DNA from: Macrostomum lignano
Lineage: Eukaryota
Length of the DNA stretch: 64,000 nucleotides
Reading direction: 5' to 3'
Assembly: GCA_002269645.1 (NCBI GenBank)
Contig: NIVC01002326.1
Coordinates: forward strand, 1-64,000
Part shown: positions 52,365-63,749 of the stretch, in pieces
How positions within the stretch are numbered: position 1 is the first letter of the stretch
Layout of the letters: each line of letters begins with the position of its first letter
Made by a program: the position numbers and the translations under genes
The notes under the pieces: model-generated
Told to the model about the DNA's origin: nothing
Database searches by the model: none
The model's input: the letters and a program-made list of their open reading frames with translations, nothing else

Positions 52365-54619
52365 TTAATTATCCTTCTTTCGACTATCGCTAGTACGAAG
52401 AGTAGTAGCAGCCTCATCGGAGACTGACAGGTCTTTACTAAGCCGGCGCAATCGCAGCAGCACCAGATGAGGCACCAGAGCTACGCACAGGTTAATAGCC
52501 AGAAATATGGCTCTGGGCCCGGCCTGCGACGGGACCCGCCTAGCAAACGGAGTGCGCAGGTGAAATGGCGCTAAAGTGTAGGAGAACTGGCCCTGAGCAA
52601 CGGCGCCTGCGGCAACTAGCGACCAGTCTAACAGGGCTCGTATATTTAGCCCGGTTGCCGGGGCCAGCAGAGCCCTAGCAACGGCTAGCAGGAACGGTGC
52701 TAGAAAATAGGCGTAAGTGAGCAGCTGGAATAGTGGAAATCTTTCCGCGTCACCGCTGTAGGGATCAACATCAACGGCCAGGTAGCGGCACACCGGGTGA
52801 TTGCAGCCGACGGCAACTACAGCTCGAAGCAGGCAGATACAAGCGGTTGCTATGCAGGCCAAGGCGAGACAGGCGTCGGCTAAACCGGGGAAGCGTCTGG
52901 CATGATTGGCATTGAATATTGAGACATTATGAACTTTTAAACTTTTGATTGTTTATAGGATGCACCTCCCCTGATTTAGCTCATCCCCTAGAGGGAGTGC
53001 AGTTCGAGTGAATATAGAATATTCTCGAGGCTAGGGTCTAAAATATGAGGCTTGATAAGAGGGGCGCCAGTCAGTCAGGTGATGTACATCTTTTGTGGTC
53101 CTGAATGTACGATGAATACCTACAACCACGAAGAGGGATTGTGTGTGGCATACGTCTGTTTATCGTATAAGAGCCCGCTACTTTTATCAGATGTCACTCA
53201 TCTGACTCATCTGAATATTTTGAGAATTGGAGCAACATACGAGGCTCGCGCCTTTATTGGTATCAAGGATGGCAAGGACAGTGATTACAACGGAGTGCGT
53301 ACAACCACGAACAGTGCAATACCATAGACATTTTTATGATACTGTTGCACTAGGCCATAGATATATAATCATATTGTACCATAGACATTCTTCAAAAGCT
53401 ACACCAGAGTGAGCGATGGGGTTTGAAGGCGGAGTCCCCACCCATTATTACCATAGACTATTTTTTGTTTTCTTTAAAGAAATTTCCGGGAAGTTAATGG
53501 AGTTTGGGCCACAATGGTCTATGGCTATTAAGAGGCACAGATATTGGCCATCCATGGCAAGAAGGACATTTGTACAATAGTTTGTTATAACTTTTGCTTC
53601 AGTTCGTTTTTATTCTAGAATAGAATAGTCTATTGTTTCAAGTTGAGTCTTCGCCCTCAGCCACGCCCCAGACCGGCACCCAGACTGAATAACGTCTATG
53701 GCACAATATCAATGGACATAGATGAAGGAATTCTATGGAAAGAATAATTAGAATAATGCCTACAGTTGTCATGCCTGTGTTTAGTAGCGCTGGCTGATGT
53801 AGATTTCAACTGTTTTTAGCGTCTTCTTCATAAAATAGCTTATACATTCTTCTTTGCTACTTAAACTAAAAGTAGTAGAGAAACTGTTAAACCAATTATA
53901 TGCGTGTGACCAATCTTAGTTATGATAAGAAAGCAGCTCATTTCATGTTCCGCCTCTGCTATGATAGGAAGCAAAAAGGGTTAATTTGCTAATTTCACCT
54001 ACCTGGCACGCAGGCCAGCCAGACAGGCGGGCCGCAGCCCAGTGTCCGACCAGTCGGCGGTTCGCAGAGCCCTGTGCAGCACGTACAGCGGGTAGAGTGC
54101 AAACGGTACATTAAGCAGCAAAGCCGGCCTAAGCTGATGAGGCCCGCAGGCTGCGCCGCATAGCAACACAATAATACTATTCATCATAGAGCCGAACCAG
54201 TACAGACTGGTGTGCCTGTACTCGCCATTCCAGTAGATAGCGGTAACCATGTACAGGTACTGGGCGTAGTGCACCACACCGTCCCAGTAGTTGATGTACA
54301 ATCCGTGCGAAGTTTTCAAATACGACTCGCCCTTCTCCAGATAGAAATCGGCAAATCCGTCAACAAAGCCGTCCATGTCCATGGAGATCACCATGTCGAT
54401 GGCGCAGCCGAAGCAGCCAAGCGCGAACGGGAAATACAGAGGCTCAATAGGCTTGCCTTTGTCCATGCCCAGCCAGATTATGAAGCAGATGGCGGACAGC
54501 ACGGCTACTCCGATCGCTAAGATGACGGGCTCGGTCAGCTCCGAGCGGAAGTGATTGCATATGAAACTGATCGGCACCGCGCTCACTGAGCACATTAACA
54601 CCAGGAGGGGCACGTGCAT
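52365..54619 (-). CDS. TM6SF1: Transmembrane 6 superfamily member 1/2-like (two EXPERA domains), about 382 aa; exons 54003-54619 and 52365-52896
   Basis: GESYLKTSHGLYINYWDGVVHY, LYWFGS, DPY..FPLFQLLTY and GAVAQGQFSY..HLRTP match TM6SF motifs. The phase-2 GT-AG junction gives 1149 nt in frame. Confidence 0.88.
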
Positions 54620-54698
54620 GCTGGCGGCTTGCTGGCTTCTTGCTGCAAATATTAGTATGGGAAAGCGGCTGTGAATGCATACTGCCTATCTTGTCTAT

Positions 54699-54699
<1 letters not shown>

Positions 54700-54796
<97 letters not shown>

Positions 54797-54871
54797 CTAA
54801 GACAGACAGACAGACAGACAGACAGACACTAAGACAGACAGACAGACACTAAGACAGACAGACAGACACTA

Positions 54872-54904
<33 letters not shown>

Positions 54905-55030
54905 CTAAGACAGACAGACACTAAGACAGACAGACAGACAGACACTAAGACAGACACTAAGACAGACACTAAGACAGACAGACAGACAGACACTAAGACA
55001 GACACTAAGACAGACACTAAGACAGACATC
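54700..55030. repeat. (GACA)n microsatellite with CTAA interruptions
   Basis: Tetranucleotide array just upstream of TM6SF. Confidence 0.95.
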
Positions 55031-55464
55031 AGACATACAAAATCCCAGTAATAAGCACAAAAATATTTTATTAAATGGAGTTAACGTACTCGCACTTAAA
55101 ACATCTGTAAAATCTCATATTTGGCTAACTTTATTGCAACTGGCAAACAGTTACACTGTAGAAATCACAGAGAGGAATTACCTATTCATATAATCGCTTA
55201 TTGAAAGATTCTGTAGTGCAGTGGAAATCAATACAATAATTAAAGCAGCGAAATCGATGAAAGTTTTTTACTACATTTAATGGAAGTCTTTCTGACATGA
55301 TTTTATGAAATTTAGTCAAAAATAACAAGACACTAAAAATGCGAGAAATAATACACAAATATACTGCTTAGACACTAATCAATTTGTTCATTAAGTCGCC
55401 ATGTACGAGCGTAACTAAAAACTTCATTCAGAATCCTTGAAGTGACGGCAAGAGTTGCTTTTAG

Positions 55465-55680
55465 TTCCTCGAGTGCTGAGTCATTTTGAGTCCTCTCGAG
55501 CACACAGTTATTTAGAGTCCCTCTAGTGCTCAGTCATTTTGAGTCCCTCGAGCGCTCAGTCATTTTGAGTCCTCTCGAGCACACAGTTATTTAGAGTCCC
55601 TATAGTGCTCAGTCATTCTGAGTCCCCTTGAGTGTGCTCAGTCACTTCGAGTCTCCCTCAAGAGTGCGGGACTCAAGAGT
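55465..55680. repeat. Degenerate repeat of about 28 bp (CTCGAGTGCTCAGTCATTTTGAGTCC)
   Basis: Recurring core downstream of the AP5Z1 stop. Confidence 0.65.
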
Positions 55681-55741
55681 GCTCCGTCATGCCTAGTGAA
55701 CCCTTATTGTTCTACCCAACTAACGGTTCAGTTTTAAATCA

Positions 55742-58700
55742 CTACAGTTCGAGCCCAAGCCTAGTAACCAGCTGAGTAACTCGGGCCACAGACTGCGGAT
55801 TCTCGTGCGCCCGAAGGCCTTCAAGCGCCGTTGACCAGTCGGGCTGCAGAACGTGCGGTCCAACAGTTGGCTGACGCAGAAGAGCCAGCAGTTCTCCTAG
55901 TCGGGTGAGCAGGCATTGAATCTCTGCGTAGCCGCAGTCAGGCGACGGTGGGCAGGACTCGGCGTAGGTCCGAATCTTAGTCAGCACTAGCAGGCACCGG
56001 TGCATATTGTCCTAGCGGGAATAAAGCCATGGAAGCTTGATTAGCCCCGCACCTGAATGGCTCCTTGATTAGCCCGGAATCATGACCCACTGCTGAGCCC
56101 GGAATCATGACCCACTGCTGACGCCCGGAATCATGACCCACTGCTGACGCCCGGAATCATGACCCACTGCTGACGCCCGGAATCATGACCCACTGCTGAC
56201 GCCCGGAATCATGACCCACTGCTGACGCCCGGAATCATGACCCACTGCTGAGCCCGGAATCATGACCCACTGCAGACGCCCGGAATCATGACCCACTGCT
56301 GAGCCCGGAATCATGACCCACTGCTGAGCCCGGAATCATGATCCACTGCTGAGCCCGGAATCATGACCCTAGCTTTCGGTCTGCCTGCAGCTCTATATGC
56401 CCAACCTCAACAGCACCAGTAGCACCAGGGCTCACCTGTACAGAGCAGGCCACCTTGGCCAGGCTGGTGGCCAGACAGCACCAAAGTCGGGGCGGCAGAG
56501 CCGACCAGCCGAGTTTCGCAGCCAGAATCTCGTAGGCCAACAGTTCCAGGCACTCGTACAGTCGGGCGATGCGCTGAGCCTCGCTTTCGCCGGCCACCTC
56601 GCCAGAATCCGCGCCGTCCAACTCGTCATTGTCGGCGCGTCGTCTGCTGCAGGCTTCGCCGAAGCCCCACAATAAAGTGAGGTACATCGGCAGGGCCCGG
56701 CCAATTGCTCGCTTCCACTGGGCCGCGGCGAAGTCCAGGCACTCGTCCAGCTGGTCCAGCAGCGCCCTCGGCCGCCGATCAATCAGTCGGCGAGCCAGCA
56801 GGGCCAACCGTCTGGCCACGGCGTCGGCGTGTCGATGTCCGCCGAACACCAGCAGGCTGCGCTCGGCCAGAGCGGGCAGCATCCGGCTCAAACAGTCGCC
56901 GCAATCGCCGCCGCCGCCGACATCGTCATTGGCAGCGGAGCTGTAGACTTCGTCTGCTGTCAGTAGCAAAATCAAATTGGCGAATTCGTCCAATAGGCGG
57001 AGACTGGCAGAGCAGGCGGCGGCAACAAGCGGCCCACCTGTAGTTTGCTGCTGTTGCCGCTGCTGCTGCTGCCGCTGCTGGCCTGACAGATAGTCGAATA
57101 GCACTTCAAGCTTAGCGGCAGTGTCGCCTGCGCCGGAGGTGTCACGAGTCAGGAACAGAGCGTAAGGCTGAATCTGTTGTAAGGTTAGAGAGTAGTGTAG
57201 CGTGTTTCAGTTACAGAGGCGGGGGGGGGCTGTGTGCGAGTGAGAGGCATCTCGCGAGAGGCGAGAGACACAACCGGCGAGAGGCATTACTGCCCATTCT
57301 ACCCTGAGCAGGCACACAAGCGCACAGATACAGGCCCGCGAACAGCGGCCCTAACCTTATTTTTTATCGTTAGGCATGTACGCTTCATTGTGTCTTGGGG
57401 TGGCCTACAAGGACTTTGATTGCACGAACAGATTCAAGCCGAGATTCCAATTTAGCCCCAAATTAATTTGACTGCACTTGGAATCGAGCCCAGGCCGCTG
57501 CGCCAGACCACTGCATTAAATAAGGTTTTATCACAGACAATTTTATCACAGACTCGTAAAGTCGACAAACAGATGAAGCCACCTAAGACCCAACACATGC
57601 CAGCTTCATGTGATCGTCATATAAAAGCTGAATTCAAGGCACAGAGTGTACACGCCTGACGATTAGAAAGTCAGGACTAGACCACTGTACACCCTGTGTG
57701 AGCGTGTGTTTGAGTGCGTGCCCTCACTCACATTAGGCAACACTCACATTAGGCAACACTCACATTAGGCAACACTCACATTAGGCAACACTCACATTAG
57801 GCAACACTCACATTAGGCAACACTCACATTAGGCAACACTCACATTAGGCAACACTCACATTAGGCAGCAGCTCTCCGCTTGAGGTGTTTTTCAATTCAA
57901 TTTTTGCTTTTGACTCAAAAAAATTTTTTTACTTGTCACTCGTTATAAAATACATAGCTTGGAGGTCGCTTTTTCGCTGTGCGCCTCCCGCGCGTTGCTC
58001 GCCTTTCACATTAGGCATCACTCACATTAGGCAACACTCACATTAGGCAACAATCACATTAGGCAACACTCACATTAGGCAACACTCATATTAGGCAACA
58101 CTCACATTAGCAGGGAGTTGCGCAATAAAATCCGGACCCAGCGATTCCAACCGATTCAACTCGTACAGAGCAGACAGACAGGGCAAATCGATGAGGCAGT
58201 GCAGCATCTCCAGGCTGCAGGCGGGCGACAGGCAAGCTGGCAGGATCTTATCGGCAAACATGTCAGCAAAGGTAGACGGCCACCTGGCTAGCAGTTTGAT
58301 GAAGCTGGGAAAATGGCGGACAGTGATTCCATGCTCCCAGCATAATGGTTCGGCATTATCGGCAGTAAACCGTAGCAATTCTAAGCAGAACTCTTGCGAA
58401 TTAATCAGCCGATCGATGCAGACTGTGTACAGCGGCGCGAGGAATTGCGGAGCGTCTTTGCCAACGCTGGCGTGGTGAGTTAATAAAAATCTTGCCAGTG
58501 TCACGTGCAGCGTTGCCGACTGTGGAATGGGTAAATTCACATTAGCAAATTACCACTGTTATTTTTTACATAAAATACTAACACTGAATTTTAAGTCGGC
58601 CTGGTCTGCTTGTGCCATAATCGCAGAGAAGATAGATTTGGCCGCTGAAAATTTTGCTGCTCCCTACTGGCCAGTCACTTTAGCCGCTCCCTACTGTCCG

Positions 58701-61134
58701 GTCACTTTAGCCGCTCCCTACTGGCCGGTCACTTTAGCCGCTCCCTACTGTCCGGTCACTTTAGCCGCTCCCTACTGTCCGGTCACTTTAGCCGCTCCCT
58801 ACTGTCCGGTCACTTTAGCCGCTCCCTACTGTCCGGTCACTTTAGCCGCTCCCTACTGGCCGTTCCCTACTGGCCGCTCCCTACTATTCGGTCACTTTAG
58901 CCGCTTCCTAACTGTCCGACAACTTTGGCTTATTATTCAATGCAACAAACCTGCGCAGGCGGAGGTGCCGGTCCAAGCAGCTGGGCGTAGAGACCCTCCA
59001 TCCGGGTGAAATACCTGGCCAGCAGGCCGGAGTCCAGGCGGCACAACAGGCAGGCCAATTCGGCAGTCTCATTGAGCAGGGCGGGCATAACGGAATCGGC
59101 GTCGGCTTGAGCAGCCGGTTTTCTCTCGCACTGATCCAGCAGCTGCCAGCACAGGCTGTGCAAGTCCGATTTCACGGCCAGCCCGGTGCGGGCGACGCTG
59201 GCCGGGCTGCCGCATTCCAGCAGGCAGAGCAGCCAGCGTCGGAGAACGGAGAAAGCGGCGTGGCTCAACTCCAAGTCGGGGCTCCAGTGCGGGAACTGTG
59301 GGGAAAAAGGCCACGTCAGAGCGCCAAGACTACTGTTAGTAACATTTCTTGCGTGTCCGATAGAAAGCACCAACAATTGGAATTTGTTGAATAAGGCAAA
59401 CCAAATAAATTGATAATATCCCTTCCCCACACTCCCCAATTACCTGATGTGCGCAGGTGAGAAACTGCTGACCAACCTGCTGACCAACTGGCTGCCCGTC
59501 AATCTCCGTCACTGCAGCCGCTGAGGCAGCGCTGACGCCGCCGACAGCCGATGCAGGCGAGCCGCCGCCGCCGCCGCCGAACTCGCCGGAGAGCCAGGCG
59601 CGGCCAGGCCAGCGAAGGATGTCAACCAAGGCGCACAGGCAGGCGTGCAGGCGATCGTCAGATAGCAACAACGATGACGCTTGCTGCTGCTGCTTTTGCT
59701 GGCGACAAGCGTCGGCTAGGCGAGTGAGAAAGGCCAAGCACTGTAGCCGCCTCGCCGGGCTGGCCCGCTCGCCGCCACCCTGCGGACTTGACAGCTCACG
59801 AGTCGCCTGCCCAATTAGCGATTCGGCTGAGGCTGCGAAATTGAATAGGCGTTTCATTGTGTAGGTGCAGTTAGGCGCAAATAGATTCCCTAAAACGTAC
59901 ACGAGGCAAAGCTAGGGGGCGCGAGCTAGAGCCCAGCAGCAGAGTGGGCACAGCTACAGAAGGGGCGCCAGCTACAGTACAGATGGGGGCACGGCTACAG
60001 TACAGAGGGGGCGCCAGCTACAGTACAGAGGGGGCGCCAGCTACAGTACAGAGGGGGCGCAAGCTATAGAGGGCGCCAGCTACAGTACAGAGAGGGCACA
60101 GCTACAGTACACAGGGGCACAGCTACAGGGGGAGCGCCGCGCGGCGGCTACGGAGGGGGCGCCAGCTACAGTACAGAGGGGGCGCCAGCTATAGAGAGGG
60201 CGCCAGCTACAGTACAGAGAGGGCACAGCTACAGTACACAGGGGGCACAGCTACAGGGGGAGCGTCGCGCGGCGGCTACGGAGGGGGCGCCAGCTACAGA
60301 GGGGGCGCCAGCTACAGAGGGGGCGCCAGCTATAGAGGGGGCACTAGCTACAGAGGGGGCGCCAGCTATAGAGGGGGCGCCAGCTACAGAGGGGGCGCCA
60401 GCTACAGAGGGGGCGCCAGCTACAGAGGGGCGCCAGCTACAGAGGGGGCACTAGCTACAGAGGGGGCGCCAGCTATAGAGGGGGCGCCAGCTACAGAGGG
60501 GGCGCCAGCTACAGAGGGGCGCCAGCTACAGAGGGGGCACTAGCTACAGAGGGGGCGCCAGCTATAGAGGGGGCGCCAGCTACAGAGGGGGCGCCAGCTA
60601 CAGAGGGGGCGCCAGCTACAGAGGCCCCTGCGACTGTTGCTGGAGGATGGCTGCCGTGACTAAATTAATGAAAATCTCACCAGCGGTCAGGCAGTCGGAG
60701 GAGCGCAGCAGGCCCAGGAGTTCGCCAGCCGCGGCGTCCAAAGCGGCTGACATCGCCTGCCGATGAGCCTCAAAAAAAGCTGACCGCCGGCCATCGAAAT
60801 AATAATCAATTAAAGTGTCAAGCAAAGCTCCAGCGGCCTCTTTGGCAAAGATGAAGCGTTGCTGCTGCTGTTTCGGCTGCCCAGCAACAGTTGCTACCCG
60901 GGCAATGAGACGCACAGTCATGCGGAGCTGGTTAGGCGCCAGGTCGCACAGGCCGGCCACGGCGTACCGAGCGCGCAGCCGGTGCAGCAGGCTGTTCAAA
61001 TCTGGCAGATCAACGCCAGTGCCGTCGGCAGCGAATTCGAATGCCTCATCGTGCCGGCTGAGCAGCAATTCGAGTTCGCGAAGGCTGACCGATTCGGCCT
61101 GACGAATCTGGGCCTCGTAGGCTGTGCGGTTCAT
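55742..61134 (-). CDS. AP5Z1: AP-5 complex subunit zeta-1 (SPG48), about 869 aa; exons 60681-61134, 59444-59832, 58951-59295, 58106-58519, 56436-57173, 55742-56011
   Basis: FPSFIKLLARWP..LEMLHCLIDLPCLSA, VTEIDG, LWGFGE..LYECLELLAYE, LATSLAKVA..Q|DNMHRCLLVLTKIR and TRLGELLALLRQPTV parallel remembered AP5Z1 motifs. The model is in frame with GT-AG introns; the exon 1/2 junction is the least certain. Confidence 0.85.
56085..56370. repeat. 25-26-bp minisatellite (CCCGGAATCATGACCCACTGCTGA(C)G)n
   Basis: AP5Z1 intron 5. Confidence 0.93.
57665..57722 (+). mobile_element. SINE-like interspersed repeat fragment (copy 2)
   Basis: ACCACTGTACACCCTGTGTGAGCGTGTGTTTGAGTGC matches the reverse complement of about 42928-42968. 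Confidence 0.45.
57724..58112. repeat. Two blocks (57724-57868 and about 58005-58112) of the 16-bp unit CACTCACATTAGGCAA
   Basis: On the minus strand the unit is the exon 4 / intron 4 junction of AP5Z1 (TAAT|GTGAGT). Confidence 0.92.
58655..58905. repeat. 27-bp minisatellite (GCCGCTCCCTACTGTCCGGTCACTTTA)n
   Basis: AP5Z1 intron 3. Confidence 0.93.
59945..60625. repeat. 17-18-bp (and 23-bp) G-rich minisatellite (GAGGGGGCGCCAGCTACA)n
   Basis: AP5Z1 intron 1. Confidence 0.92.
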
Positions 61135-61234
61135 GCTGCTGGCTTAGCCTATGTTGGCTCAGTGGCGCTGCTGGAATATTAGAAACAGCGGGCTGGTGCG
61201 ATTGAGCCTGCATGTTTGTAATCCAGTCAGTACT

Positions 61235-62000
61235 CTGTCCATCCTGTCCTGTTTACTGCCCATCCTGTCCTGTTTACTGCCTATCCTGCCCTATTTACAG
61301 TCTATCCTGTCCTGTTTACAGTCTATCCTGCCCTGTTTACTGCCTATCCTGCCCTATTTACAGTCTATCCTGCCCTGTTTACAGTCTATCCTGCCCTGTT
61401 TACTGCCTATCCTGCCCTATTTACAGTCTATCCTGCCCTGTTTACAGTCTATCCTGCCCTGTTTACAGTCTATCCTGCCCTATTTACAGTCTATCCTGCC
61501 CTGTTTACAGTCTATCCTGCCCTGTTTACTGCCTATCCTGCCCTATTTACAGTCTATCCTGCCCTGTTTACAGTCTATCCTGCCCTGTTTACTGCCTATC
61601 CTGCCCTATTTACAGTCCATCCTGTCCTGTTTACAGTCTATCCTGTCCTGTTTACAGTCTATCCTGGCCTGTTTACAGTCCATCCTGTCCTGTTTACAGT
61701 CTATCCTGTCCTGTTTACAGTCTATCCTGCCCTGTTTACAGTCCATCCTGTCCTGTTTACAGTCTATCCTGTCCTGTTTACAGTCTATCCTGTCCTGTTT
61801 ACAGTCTATCCTGCCCTGTTTACTGCCTATCCTGTCCTGTTTACAGTCTATCCTGCCCTGTTTACAGTCCATCCTGTCCTGTTTACAGTCTATCCTGTCC
61901 TGTTTACAGTCTATCCTGTCCTGTTTACAGTCTATCCTGTCCTGTTTACAGTCTATCCTGTCCTGTTTACAGTCCATCCTGTCCTGTTTACTGTCTACTC
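61235..62000. repeat. 21-bp minisatellite (CTATCCTG(T/C)CCTGTTTACAGT)n
   Basis: Period 21; intergenic between the hnRNP gene and AP5Z1. Confidence 0.96.
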
Positions 62001-62756
62001 AGAGTCTGTCCTGAACAAATGGCAAAACAACTACAATGAGACATCAGTGGAGCAGAACGCTGAGGTGCAATTTGCGGAACGCAGTCGTTTTTGTATTTCT
62101 GCTTTTTGTCAGACGAGTGTTTCAACAACAAAAAGCTGAACAATAGAAAAAAAAGCGCAAGAAACGGTTGCGAAGCGAGCTGAAGGAGTGAAATTTAGAC
62201 AGCTAGCTACTAGAGTGAGAACAAAGGTGCCGGCGTACCTTAATGAAATTACTAAATTTCCTGTATAGCAGAAATGATGCAGAGTTCGCTAATTTAGGTA
62301 TTAATTTAACTTACCCACAAGATTAATTTAGACAAAGGACTGAAGCTGATATAAAAACACTGAATAATACATGAACAAAAAATAAGCAGGCTAAATATGG
62401 ATAAGCTGGAAAATTGCCAGAACAGACAGACAAGACCTGTACACACAACGGTAGTGGGGATAAATTGTGCAACATTAGAATAGATAAATAAATATTGGTT
62501 ATTAATAGCTTACCCTTAGCTTGTCTACCCTGAACACACAACTGTAATTACCGGGCAAAGTCGGCTACTATAATTTGGGACAATTGAATTATGAATATTG
62601 TTAAACTAAAAGCATTACAAACAGTTACAACAACAATTAGGGAATTGTATGATTATGTAACAAAAGAAAAGTTATATTAGAATTGCAAGTTTTACAAAAA
62701 GAAATTGTTTTGCTTTTTTAAGTCTACGTCACCGTGGCTGCGTGAGCACGAGTCAC

Positions 62757-63715
62757 TCAGTAGCGGAGGAAAATCTCAATGTAGCGGGTGCCTGGAATGT
62801 TTTTTTGTTTAAAGTGCACAATGTACGCGAGTAGATCTGAGCCTATTAAATCCATGTATTAATCTGTACAGAAAGTCTGAAGTCAACACTGCTGAACCAG
62901 ACGTAAAAATTCAACACAAAACTGTCACGTGTCACGTGACTGCTCAAAATTTATCTCATCACTGCTCAAACCCTAATACCCGTCACTGCTCAAACCCTAA
63001 CACCCACCAATGCTCAAACCCTAAAACCCGTCACTGCTCAAACCCTAACACCCATGTCAGTGCTCAAACCCTAACACCCGCCAATGCTCAAACCCTAATA
63101 CCCGTCACTGCTCAAACCCTAACACCCGCCAATGCTCAAACCCTAATACCCGTCACTGCTCAAACCCTAACACCCACCAATGCTCAAACCCTAATACCCG
63201 TCACTGCTCAAACCCTAACACCCATGTCACTGCTCAAACCCTAACACCCATGTCACTGCTCAAACCCTAACACCCGCCAATGCTCAAACCCTAATACCCG
63301 TCACTGCTCAAACCCTAACACCCACCAATGCTCAAACCCTAATACCCGTCACTGCTCAAACCCTAGCACCCGCCAATGCTCAAATCCTAATGCCCGTCAC
63401 TGCTCAAACCCTAACACCCACCAATGCTCAAACCCTAACACCCACCAATGCTCAAACCCTAATACCCGTCACTGCTCAAATCTTAGCCCATCACTGCTCA
63501 AACCCTAACGCAATCCCAGCTAGCTCACCAAGGCAATCGCCGTTGCGAGCCAGAGCTTTCTGCTGCTCGTCGGCAGTATTAAAGAACACATCCGCTTCGC
63601 CGGAGCTCCGGCCGCTTGCGTCTGGCAGCACATTGACTCTGGCCGGCTGCAGCGGATAGAAAAAGTTGACAATCTCCCGCTCGCCGGCTGACCAGGGCAG
63701 GCCGCGCAGGTGCAG
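62757..63715 (-). CDS. hnRNP F/H / GRSF1-family RNA-binding protein, final qRRM (5' part off-window); exons 63529-63715 and 62757-62791
   Basis: LHLRGLPWSAGEREIVNFFYPL..SGEADVFF..|GTRYIEIFLRY* is a typical quasi-RRM. The phase-1 junction is GTGAGC / ttccAG. Confidence 0.88.
62955..63510. repeat. 24-bp minisatellite (CA(C/A)TGCTCAAACCCTAA(T/C)ACCC..)
   Basis: Last intron of the hnRNP gene; one CCCTAA per unit. Confidence 0.93.
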
Positions 63716-63749
63716 CTGAAATTTCAGTGGGATTCCAGCTACTTTAATA

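Noticed and set aside
52950-53010. Short hairpin TGCACCTCCC..GGGAGTGCA as a possible ncRNA
   Set aside because: The stem is short and imperfect, with no snoRNA, snRNA or miRNA motifs.
59945-60625. 18-bp array possibly translated as (SVAGAP)n inside AP5Z1
   Set aside because: The 17-bp and 23-bp units break the frame and bring in TAG, and entry from exon 1 is out of frame.
43575-62039. Repetitive ORFs ([21 protein letters not shown]-type, LQSILSC, AAPYCPVTL)
   Set aside because: These are direct translations of tandem arrays.
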